Source: Lingula anatina
Lineage: Eukaryota; Animalia; Brachiopoda
Direction: 5' to 3'
Length of the DNA stretch: 64,000 nucleotides
Assembly: GCA_051362555.1 (NCBI GenBank)
Contig: CM120649.1
Span: forward strand, 16,444,567 to 16,508,566
The notes beneath the pieces were generated by a model. The model saw only the letters and a program-made list of their open reading frames with translations, was not told where the DNA came from and made no database searches. Both the position numbers and the translations under genes were made by a program. Shown in pieces: positions 1-11,200 of this stretch (within the stretch, counting starts at the first letter, position 1; each line of letters starts with the position of its first letter).

Positions 1-529
1 AAATTTTGATGCCATATTACATAATGTTTAACAGCATAATGACCATCAATTTTTAATAATAAAATATTAGTATCATGGATATTCAGAAAATGTGACTAGC
101 AAAGGTCTTCAGGCCCATGGAACTTCAAAGTCACAACTTGAAAATGCCAAAATGTAAACAAGACAGCAAGACATGTTTTTTTTTCCATTTTTAACAATTT
201 TTAACATAAAACAAAATTAACAGTTTACTGCCATTTTTATATGATCAACTAAGAAAATTGATGAGATGAGAAAAGTATCAATAGAGCAGTGTTAAATGTC
301 CAATTTCTTCCATTCTGAGATTCTAAACATAGTGGATGATTGAATCTGACAAACTGCAATGATACGAGTTTATTTCCATTTTTGAAACTTTATTACACAA
401 TACACGATAACATGTTTACCATCATTTTTACATAATCAACTAACAATGTTGTAAAAATGCAGGAAATGTCAAACAAACACTTTTACGTATCTTACTACTT
501 AAATAATAAGGCTATTAACATGCCTAATG

Positions 530-1104
530 AATGTTAATAATGAAAAAACAGCTTAACTTCTAAAATAATGCCCCGATTATGCTGATTTTCGAACTCAACC
601 TGCGTTTTAGTAAGACTGACCATTCCTGTGAGTTTAATGACAATTGGGCTTTCTGTTTTTCTTATAATGTGTTTACAGTGTTGCATATATGCTGAAAAAT
701 GAAAAAACAGCATAACTACTAAAATAGTGGCCCGATCATGCCGATTTTCGAACTTGACCTGCGTTTTAGTAATATTGATTACTCCTGTGAGTTTCATGAC
801 AACAGGGCTATCGGTTTTCCTTAAAATGTGTTAACAAGGTTGCATATATGCTGAAAAGTGAAAAAACAGCATAACTTCTACAATAATGGCCCGATCATGC
901 TGATTTTCGAACTTGACCTGCGTTTTATGAATATTTATCAGCTCTGTAAATATAAAGCCAAAAAGTAAAACTGTCTTCCACTTATCGTGTTAACGATGAA
1001 AGTGCACGGCGACGGCGACATCGACGGCGACAGGGACGGCGACGGCGACGACAGACGCAGGTGATGGCAATATGTACAGACACATCTGTGTCTGTACATA
1101 AAAA
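530..1104 (+). mobile_element. HINE/Helentron-like non-autonomous element: internal 159-bp tandem repeats, GACGGC microsatellite and terminal hairpin
   Basis: 159-bp units start at 541, 700 and 859 (third is partial). (GACGGC)n-like tract at ~1006-1057. Perfect inverted repeat TATGTACAGACACA-TC-TGTGTCTGTACATA at 1071-1100, followed by an A-run. This layout is typical of Helentron-associated interspersed elements. The 5' end is not defined. Confidence 0.6.
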
Positions 1105-1371
1105 TTGCAAATCTTTTTGGATTTATTTCTTTCTGTGCAAGTTTTAAACTCTTATTTGCAAAATAACTAATTATATATCATGCACAACCACAAGTGTTCA
1201 CTCAAATAAACATATGTACCTACCACAATAAAAGTCAATAAACAAATTATAATATTGTACAAATATAAAATAATTCAGGAAAAACTTTTAATAAATTTGA
1301 AAATGCTACTGTGCAACAGAAAGTTACAGGAAACACTGCAAAATAAAATGTAATACGCTGCATTAGTCTAA

Positions 1372-2085
1372 GCTTCCAGTTTCACTCTACTGATCTAAAT
1401 GTAAGCCCTTACCATCCCATAAATAATTCAAAAGTATTCACAAAAGCATGAAGTTCGAAATAAATGATGCTTTTCGAGTTTCCTGTTTCACGCTACTGAT
1501 CTCCTATAAGCCCTTACCATCCTATAAACAATTCAAAAGTATTCACAAAAGCATAAAGTTTGAAATAAATGATGCTTTTCGAGCTTCTGGTTTCACACTA
1601 CTGATCTAACGTAAGCCCTCACCATATTGATAATGGTTTATTTGGGTTCAAAGCCGAGTGACTGTGGCAGTACTCTATTCAAACATACTTGAATGAAGAA
1701 AGTATAAGATGTGTTGCCATTCATTGTGTGTGAGAGTTATCTTCCAGAGATTCTCAGCAGAAAGTAAAAAAGGTACACATGAAAAAATGTTATTTTGACT
1801 AGCAATTGGTAATAAATATCTGAATGAAATTGAATAAAGCAACCTTTTTAGATTTTGGAACTGAGATGGGAGTTTTGTTGTTTTGGTTAACATGTCCATT
1901 GCTGATATCATCCCATAAACAATTCAAAGGTAATTACAAAAGCATGAAGTTTACAATGAATAATGATGCTTTTAGAGCTACAGGTTTCACAATACTGATC
2001 TAAGGTAATCCCTTACCATCCCATAAAAAAATCATAAGTATTCATCAAAGCATGAAGTTTGAAATGAATAATGATGCTTTTAGAT
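1372..2085. repeat. ~105-bp tandem repeat array interrupted by ~285 bp of unique sequence
   Basis: Motif CCCTTACCATCC at 1406, 1511, 1616 (variant) and ~2010. The unit breaks at ~1625 and resumes at ~1909. Confidence 0.8.
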
Positions 2086-2806
2086 TCGAATGTATTATTC
2101 TGATAAATAGCTTTTATCCTACCAAAATGAAGAGCTGTTATCCCTTTTAATATACGTAATATATGTAATCTGTCATCAGTTACTGAGTCTTAATGTGTTT
2201 TCATATATAATTTAACAGCCATCTTGACATCATTAAGTTTAATTGAAATGGGTAGGGTTGTTTTTGAGTTGAAAAACATTAACACATTTTACGAAATGGG
2301 ATTAAAAAAGGAACGTGCAGATTAGTAAAAAACAACACATAACAGTTGAATCCCTTTGTGATGAAAGTGAACAAGTAAGAAATAAACAACACATTAGAAA
2401 TTTAAGCTCTTTGTAAATTAGAAAAGTTTATTATTTTTAAAAAAATCCACAGAAATACTTTTGTCCCCATTTCATATGCCCATAATCAGAAACCTACATC
2501 CTACAGGAAAGCATCCTCTGTGTGTGTGTATGTGTGTGTGTGGAGGGGGTGGGGGGGTGGGGGGGGGGGGGTGAGAGAATTGCCCTTTTGGATCAATATT
2601 TGATCCAGGACCTATGACATTTCTCAAACTTGGTCAATTATGGGGGTAATTAAGTCAACTCTTTCAGGTAAAAAAAAAAAAAAAAACTCCCTGACTGCAG
2701 ACAGAGGGAGACCCTGCAGAGATGGGTTGACCTTTGTAGATTGCTGGTGTCCATGGGAATGGGTCCTAAGAAACATGCAAACTGTTCTACACTATAGGAC
2801 ACTCAC

Positions 2807-2969
2807 TTTGTGAAGCCCAGGCTATGAGCTAGTTCATATGCAGTCTGACTTCTTTTTCCACTTCTACATGAGAAGACAATATCAGCATCATGCTTCATGG
2901 GTTGCTCTGTCCCGTACTTTGCCATAAAACTATCCGGGGGCAGTTTAAGTGCTTCCTCGAGTTCATCCA
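2807..2969 (-). CDS. Rhodanese alternative catalytic exon 3b (CRSGKR loop)
   Basis: cacag|TG GAT GAA...ACA AA|gtgagt, 163 nt, phase 1 to phase 2. Translates (L)DELEEALKLPPDSFMAKYGTEQPMKHDADIVFSCRSGKRSQTAYELAHSLGFT with no stops. Confidence 0.88.
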
Positions 2970-4153
2970 CTGTGTGAGAGAAAATAGGCAGACTTATTTT
3001 CTCACTGTCTGGGGAGATTTATGGGGGAAAGTTTACTGAACAAGATAATTAAAAAAAAAAAATCAGGTGTTTCAGCATGCAGGTTCCTGAAATTAGTATC
3101 TTTTTTTTTCTTTTACTAAGGCCTTTTTTATTTCTATGGATGACATCTTCTGGGGACCCCAAAATCGGTGCGAGAGGGTGAAAAAAAAAAAAAAAACAGT
3201 CCAAAAAGGGGATTTTTTTTCGGAGAACGGATGAAAATCGGTGCGCGCGCAGGATGTCATCCATAAAAATAAAAAAGTGTGGCCTAATCTAAAAAAATTA
3301 GAGAAAATGACAAACTTGTGGATTTTGAAAAGTATGAGACTAAAGAGAAAGGGACGTCTTTAAGCCTGCACTTCACAAAATGAATCTTGGACACAGAATG
3401 TGTTATGTATACCCAGTACTAGTATTTAAAACTGTTGTCAAAAAAAATAAGACATTTAGAAAATATTTAACATTAAACACAACAGCACATCTGTTAGTCT
3501 ATCAAACCTGTAAATGTTAGTATAAAATGTAAATATTATTCAAATTAACTCAGAAAAAGCTGTCAAGCATACAATCTAAGTGTTAATATAACGCCAAGGG
3601 TTGCTATCTGCCCAGCATCAATGTAGCATAATTCTTTACAAAAAAAAAAATAAAATAAAAATAAGCCATGAGTGCAATGCATCAGAATCCTTAATTCTTG
3701 GGTTACAGAATGTTTTCTCACAGGCGTAGGAATATATTAGAAGATTGTTTCATTACAACACCCCTCTAGTATGGTAAAACAAGGCACAGCACTACAATTA
3801 CTGGTGCATGTACCCAATAACATGTGCCAAACAAAAAACTCCTTTCAACACAACACCAAAAACAACCTGCTTTTCACTCACTTCCCAAAACCAAGTTCAT
3901 GCACAGTGTTCATTGCATTACGACTGCGCACTCCTGAGCGGCAATAAAATACAATGTTATCATCTTCTGGCTCTGGTTGCTCAGCCTTGTATAAAGCTTC
4001 AAATTTATGGGGAGGCATCTCAAAAGCAGCCTTAATTTCTCCCACTGAAGTTGAAAAATGCAGATAAAAGAGAAAAGCTCTAGGAGGTACATGTAATTAA
4101 TTCAAAGAAAAAGACATAAAGTAGGGTACAGTGTACTAAGCTATCAAGATAAG

Positions 4154-4205
<52 letters not shown>

Positions 4206-5618
4206 ATCAACATATCAGACTGTGATAGCTAAAACAACATCAACATGTTTTAACACTTTTCTGAAATAGAACAAACTCATTTCAGATGCACTTACAAATT
4301 AAACAATATCAAATCAAGGTTCAGAGTCAAAAAGGGAAAAAAAATCGATAGAGCCAAAGCTGAATACATATAAGCAAAATGAATATCTAAAATACAGAAT
4401 GGCATTTTACACAATGGAGGCACCATGCTAGCTGGTAAAGGCACTCTATAACTAAGGCCATTTATAAGTCATTCACCAAGCAGGTTCTAATTTAATAAAC
4501 ACATTAGTTTTAAGCTTTTGTTTTATTGGCATTTGTAGTGAAGCTATAATGCTGATTCACCCTGAGGAATGTGCTCTTAATAGACATTGAAGTATTGAAA
4601 GTATAATGGAATAGATGCACTAGTTCAACATTTTCAATATAAGCTATTGATCGACTAAAAAAATTACTGCTTCAATTTTTTAGCACATGACACAGTTGAT
4701 GAAATTCTTCTCTTACATTGCAGACTGAATGGTGCAATAATAAAGCGTGAATAAATAAAATTTTTCTTCAATCAACAGCTTATTATTGAAATTAATTAAT
4801 TCACCTCCAATATTTCTGGCAAAGATGCTCTGTCAGACACTGAAATATTGGAAGTAAATTATTTCAATATGAAGCTGCTGATTGAAGAAAAAACTAATCT
4901 TATGACAAAACACAGCTGATGAAATTCCTTCTCTGACAATAATTAACTGTGTACTCACAGGGCAAGTTTATGGCCTGGGGAATCATTCCAGTGGCTTCCA
5001 CCTCCCAAGGATTCCGGACATCAAACAGCTGTATATTACCACTCTCTAGTAACACACACAGGGCCTCATAGTCCAGGTCTGTCCATGGGAGCTCTTTATT
5101 CTCTGTACAAAAAGCTATGAAAAGGAACATTAAAAAAATCATGTTACAATGACATTACTTTGCCCTTGTGCCAAGCAGTATCTCCCTCAATGACCTTGAA
5201 AGTTTGGTTTATATTTTTTTCGACCATATTCTCAACTATTCGAGGTTTTTTTGTCAATTTTAGTCCACTTCCATCAACATTGTATCGAAGTGTGTAAAAG
5301 CAACACTGCTGTGCTTTATTTTTAACAGGCTTGCAGGCATATCCCACCTTTAAAATCACGTTATAAATAAAACATATGGACTGAAATAATGCAACGTTAA
5401 ACAAGACAGTGTACACATGATCAGTTTGTTAATGCGCGTTTACCTCTTTTAAATGACGAAAACTCCGTGGAGACGCAAGGAGAATTGGACGGTGCGCTTT
5501 TGTTTATAAACCCAGACAAGTAAGAAACTGAGCCCAAATTTCGAGATAATGCTCTTCCAAAAAGTGATCTACAAGCTTGGATGTTTTTAGGAATAATAAA
5601 ACGCCTTAATGTAGACAT
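2807..5618 (-). CDS. Single-domain rhodanese / thiosulfate sulfurtransferase (TSTD1/TSTD3/Rdl-like) with a probable mitochondrial presequence; 3'-incomplete
   Basis: Exons 5618-5444 (MSTLRRFII..., R/S/L-rich), 5102-4959 (LFDVRNPWEVEATGMIPQAINLP, the rhodanese DVR..E..G.IP motif), then 4044-3882 or 2969-2807 (catalytic CRSGxR loop). All introns are GT-AG with consistent phases. The terminal exon (expected Y.G...W motif) was not found and probably lies left of base 1. Confidence 0.88.
3117..3286. mobile_element. MITE with TAAGGCC...GGCCTA termini
   Basis: The left arm TAAGGCCTTTTTTATTTCTATGGATGACATC is an imperfect reverse complement of the right arm GATGTCATCCATAAAAATAAAAAAGTGTGGCCTAA. A degenerate relative lies at ~6440-6577. 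Confidence 0.7.
3882..4044 (-). CDS. Rhodanese alternative catalytic exon 3a (CRSGVR loop)
   Basis: cttcag|TG GGA GAA...GGG AA|gtgagt, 163 nt, phase 1 to phase 2. Translates (L)GEIKAAFEMPPHKFEALYKAEQPEPEDDNIVFYCRSGVRSRNAMNTVHELGFG with no stops. Confidence 0.88.
4761..4892. repeat. Inverted repeat / fold-back (MITE-like)
   Basis: TTTTTCTTCAATCAACAGCT (4761) pairs with AGCTGCTGATTGAAGAAAAA (ends 4892). The inner TCCAATATTTC pairs with GAAATATTGGA. Confidence 0.75.
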
Positions 5619-6726
5619 CGTTACTGTCACCTGCAGTCGCTGCGTCTTGGTGTGACAACCTTAAAGAAAACTACAAGCTAAATATTATCAGCAGTGGCAA
5701 TTGACTTCCAAACAGACATAACGTGAAAGCCTGGGTCATGGTCAGGGCAGTCACGCACTGACTGGATCACGTTTTCCCCATTTGTCAAAAATGAACGTGA
5801 TTTGCTCCGCAAATAAATCTTGTAATTAGTTTATTCTGACGGGTATTTATCTCTCCCACAAACCCCAAAATCTATCACCAATTCGTACCATATTAGTAAA
5901 TTTTCTTTATTAGAAAATAATTTTATGTACGTTAAACTAACAGTCTGCTTTTCTTTCTTCAAAAAATATTCCTTTTTGTTCTTAGGAATAAGTCACAAAA
6001 CGACTTTCAAGAGGATTGCGCGAATTGTGAAACTGACACTTTGGTTTATTGAACTTTTTTCTAGGCTAAGGCGAATCCATATCGACCAAGACCTCGAAAA
6101 AAGTCACATTTGAAGGGGATACCAAACCAGGACGTTTTCGTCCTTATGAAAAGGTGGCGTTTTTGTTTAAAATTTATACACAGCAATATACAGTGCACCA
6201 GTAGTTCAAGTTGTATTTTGTTTCAGGAAGGGGTAGAGAGGGGGAGTGGTCTAGAAAAAAATTGCACAAATATTCTCAGTTCAATGAATTACAGTGCAAA
6301 TACCATTTAGTGTTACTTTATTATTACTGATGTATTCTGTTTACTGAAAGTTAGCATTACATCTGTATGGTCAGCAGGTGCTTTAAGGTTCAAACCCTGC
6401 AGTAGTGACAATACAATGCACTGATCACCTTGTTATATTAAGGCCTATGAAACTGATTTAATGCATATTTTCTGGATATAGCAGCATTTTTTTTTTTTTT
6501 TTTTGGATTTTCCCCATGGGCATTAATTTTGGGTTACCCAATGGATGTCACCATAAAAATAAATCAATGTGGCCTAATGTTAATTTTTAAATATCCATTC
6601 ATGATTGCATGTTAGAGGAACTATCATTTAATGTATATACATGTATGTTATTAAACACCAAATTATTTGAATTACATAGGCACCAGTATATATTTGTTTT
6701 ATATTATCCACTATTTCTCTATCCAG
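5619..6726. promoter_or_regulatory. Putative bidirectional promoter and 5'UTR region of the rhodanese and C5orf34-like genes
   Basis: Divergent ATGs at 5618 (-) and 6727 (+), with locally more CpG. The C5orf34-like ATG directly follows an acceptor AG, which implies an upstream non-coding exon here. An E2F-like GCGCGAAT lies at ~6018 (weak). Confidence 0.5.
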
Positions 6727-8173
6727 ATGTCTGCTGCGGCCACCCAGTTTGTGCTGTATAGCAATGATGCAGTGGAAGTGATGTACACAGATGGCTGTAA
6801 GCTCCAGATGTCTCCCTGTGGAAGTGCCTTTGTACATGATCAACCACCTGGCCATGGGCAACATACACTGCATGGTGAGAGTAATGACATACAGATAGGG
6901 GGCAGTAGCAATAGTCTGAAGGTTCAACAGTCCGAATGTTCATTGGTCCGAAAGTTCACTATAAAACCTTCGGACCAATGAACCCTTGATTAAAAAAACG
7001 ATGAAAATGTTCCCATGATTTTCGGACCAATGAACCTTCCGACTATTGAGACACCTCCAACTACTAGTATGAAAAGTCAGCATCACATAAGTTAATCAGT
7101 AACAGTCACTTCTGGTACATATTTTGGGTAAATGACCTCAAAATATCTTTATATAATTTATATCACACTGACTTTGGTGTGTTTTTTTATCAAAGTATGG
7201 AAAAAATGCAAAGAGCAAATTAAGATAAATTTACTGATTTCAGTTCCAAATATGTATTTATGGTGTGAAAAACAGCCTTACTAGTATTCAGTACTAGTAT
7301 TTGATTACATGTGCTAATATACAGTATATGTTGTATAGGTATAAGAAGAATCCAGCAGCGCTGTATGTATGTGACCAGTGAATACAGGGAGAAAGTACTG
7401 GCAGCTTTGGAGTTCAGGAACAGATTTGCTGAGAGGCCTTATTTATGCAGAGAACTCATTGCCAGAGAGAACATACTGGTATGGTCGCACCTACATGTAC
7501 CGAACACATTTTCCATAATTATTTCTGATACGTCCGTTGTATTTTGTTTGAGTTTGATACTTTTTTTTTGCGATAATTTAAGGCATTGATTTTTAATTTT
7601 AGACACTGATTTTTTTGTAAAATGGGTCCTGATTGCACAAACTATTTTCAATTCAATCTCATTTGTGTTTTATACTCCCATGCATTCCATTATATGTATG
7701 TACTAGTATTAACAAAATTGAATGAAATCTTACACCATTCCCATAGATTTTAGATCGATCTATCCCTGTGGGGAGTCTCACTAGATTACTGTCAGCTTAG
7801 CCGGCTTAAGCGTCTGTCCCACCGACTAAAAGCTGTAAGAGGGTAGTTAACTATGGTGTGCGCTCGGCTGACTGCAATTTAGCATGAACCCCCAGGGAGT
7901 TAGGTCGATCTAAATCTAAATCTCTGGATCGATCTAAATCTCTGGGAATGCACCCTTAGAGCCTGCATGCAGACAAAGTGGAGGTGTCCTGGTCATCCAC
8001 TATAGAGTCAATACAGTGGACATTACTGGACAGTGGATCTGTGAAAGTGACCGCTGATGAAGGTATGTACAATGCATCTCTGTACAAGCTCCCCACCTGA
8101 CATCCCAAGTATAATGTCCAAGTATCAAGTGTTTTGTTACATTTTATTCTCTCCTGTTTGGTTTACTGAAAAT

Positions 8174-8212
<39 letters not shown>

Positions 8213-11200
8213 TTCATTCATTCATTCTTACAGAGTTTTCACACCTAGTCCTGTCTCCTCACGGTCAAGATTTCACTGTCCACTTCTTGGCAAAACTCAG
8301 CCAGAAACGACCAAGACAGCTCACAGAAAGTCTGGAAATGTCTAGAAGTCTACTCCAAGATGGCTACAAAGCTGATAATAAGGATGGTCACCAAGGCAAC
8401 AAGAGGGCGCCATCTAGTGTGGAATACATGACAGCTTCTCCTGAATTGAATAAAAGAAGCATATCTGTAATGGATGACCCTGATGGTAATGATACTGTTG
8501 CACACGCAGAGGCTGGAAAATCCAAATGGGACTATGTGTGGATGAGTCAGCATTTTTCTGTGAAAAAGTACCCAGAATGCTGGAGACAGCCTCTCAAGCT
8601 GGCTGAACAAATCTGGCACAGAAGTCTGAAAAAAGATGACGATTCCAAGGATGTTGCACATTCAAGTGGAGAGAGTGACGGTGACATTCATAATGATAAT
8701 TGCACATGTCAACTAATGAAGGATAGTGCAGATGCAGACATCCCACAGAAAGGTCACAAATTTGGAAAGAAGTCATTGGGCAGTGGGGAAAAAGTCAACT
8801 ACAAGGCAAATACGTGTAGCTGTAGAAGTCAAAATCCATCTCAGCATGAATCACAATATGTGTATAAATTAAAGTCTTCCTTGCCTCACTCTCTCCCCTC
8901 AAACTGTTCTGCTCTCCACTTACACAAATGGAAGGCAGCAGATGCCCCACTAGTTAACCTTGACCTTGGGGTCTTCTGGAGCAAGGTCAAGGTTGCTTGC
9001 GTAGGAGGAGTTGTTTACAGGTAAATATATAAACAAACTGGTTGAAAATATATCTTCAATATTTCTGTTTTTCTGCTTATCAGTATCAGCCAAGTTATTG
9101 CATAGAGTTTTTTGTTTTATTTATGTATTTATTTATTTTTATTTTTGTTTTCATTTTTTTTACAAACAGTTGAATTATTTATAAATATTTTATAATTTTG
9201 TATTTTCTTACTTCATGCACATGTTATGTTATAATATGTGTACATTTCCCAGGTGTTTGTACTCCCCCTGCCCCAGTATTGAGATCTATCCAGGGGATGG
9301 GTCACTACTCAGGTCCCAGGGAGCAGCAGGAGTTTTCTTTACACAGTATATTTACAAGGAGGGAAAGGTAACCTGTCAGTGATGCAGAATATTTTAATAT
9401 TAAATTAAAATTTGTAAAGGAAACAACTTTTTTTATCTAGTGGACAACAAGTATTTGCATATGAGAAAATGTCAGATAACTTTTTCTTTTTATTAGCAGT
9501 TTTTTTTATTGATATTACAAAGGGTACACACAAAGAAACAGTTACACAAGATGCTTTTCATATTTACACACATCATTTCCCTGTATTTATCATTATTTAT
9601 CAGGTTGAAGAACGAGTTCATTCAGTGAAGACTCCCCCACCAGACACAGCCTTTGCCAGGTACTCTGTGAGAAGACTGATCAGGGCAGGGGCCCAGCTGC
9701 TGAACTCTGTGCTGCAGGACTCTCTGTCTCTTAGTGGAGGACAGGAAAACTGCTGCTGGAAGGTGAGGCAGCTGTCTGTTTGTCTTTTGTTCTTCCTACC
9801 CACATTCCCTCTTTCTCATTCTACATGTAGCTTCTTTTCCACCTTCTTGCTCTCTCTCGCTTTCTCTTGCTTCTCCCCCCCTCATGTTCTTTCTCCATTT
9901 TTTTCTCACTCCCTGTGGCATTACAGTAATTTATATTTGAATAATGCAGAACATTTTTTCAGGAAACTCCAAAGATGGATAAAATCCACGAACCATTATC
10001 CACTGTCCTCCTTGAAGAAGCTCAGGTTGACGGGATAGGGCGTTTCCTGGCCTACTCTGACGGTAGAATCAGGATAACCTTTACAGATAGAACATGCCTC
10101 GATATGTTGTGTGATTTTAGCAGGCGCGTCAATGTGTGTAAGAAACACAGCCCTGAAAAAGTTAGCCAGGTAGGTTGATTTATTATAATAACTATGGTTT
10201 TCTTCCTAATGGTGGCATTGATATTAGTAGCTTAATTGTGTAATGATTATGTGATGGTTTGGACAACTAGGCTGTTGGTGTTGTGCTTTTTGTATTTTTA
10301 AAATTGCAAGACATGGGGAAGTTGACGTTCAGATAATATTACAGATATGAAGTATTGATGCAGTTTGTAAGGTGATACGTAAGTACTTTTATCTTGAATC
10401 CAAAAGTTCTGCCTACTACATGAAAATAGATATTGCTTTTGGTGCCCAACTTTGCCCATGGAAGCAAGGTGAACATTTGATACTACCCATTGAATTAGAC
10501 ATTTCTGTGACCAGCTAGTAACAGTTTACTGTCCAAACACAGTAGCAGTTTATATTTCAGTTTTACCATAATATACTTCAGTTCTTGGTTAATAACTTCA
10601 CTGTATTTGGAAACTGAAAATGTCAGTATTTAGCTGTATACTTTCAGATGGTTGAGCCCTCCAGGCATCCTCCAGCCTCACTGATGTACAGGGGCAGACC
10701 CTCCGAGCTCGTCCCTGGTCTGTGTCGACTACTACTGCCATCTGGTGTCTATAAAACTGTTCCTGCTGCGCAACCTGGCAACTATGCTAAGTATGTAGGA
10801 TAATAATGTATTTCAGGGTCGGTCCATAAGACACCAAAATATTTTTGTTATATCACTGGTGCACACATTTTATGAAATATTTGCATAACTTTTTTATATC
10901 ACTTAATTAATGTTGATTTCTTTCCATAACAGAGGGTACTTAAGTAATAATGCAAAGCAGCAGAAAATGATGCCAAAGTTATGTAAATATAATTTCAAAA
11001 TATGTCCCATTATATATATTCCAGAAAAGAAAAGTCCAAATGCATAATCATTAGTTTTTTACATTGCTTATTTTATAAACTCTGTTTTAGATATTAATGA
11101 GAACAGTTTCTAGATTAAACACATTTCTGAAGATGTAAATGTCTTAACCAGGTATGTGAGAGTAGCTGAAGAGTGGGCCGAGTGGGTAAATACGTTGCCT

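Noticed and set aside
1623-1674. Possible rhodanese terminal exon on the - strand (tag|AGTACTG...ATG|gtgagg)
   Set aside because: In the required phase it reads VLPQSLGFEPK* and lacks the expected Y.G...W motif. Its donor is part of the tandem-repeat unit.
541-2085. Repeat arrays here and at 17250-17385 as CRISPR-like structures
   Set aside because: The units are contiguous with no unique spacers, and the DNA is eukaryotic with no cas genes.
5144-5416. 90-aa ORF inside rhodanese intron 1 as an extra exon
   Set aside because: The best acceptor (5348) is phase 0 whereas exon 1 ends in phase 1, which gives an early stop. Exon 1 joins 5102 cleanly without it.
11149-11157. CAG|GTATGT at the start of C5orf34-like exon 9 as a recursive site
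   Set aside because: The flanking introns are short and the bases are explained by coding sequence (K-Y-V).
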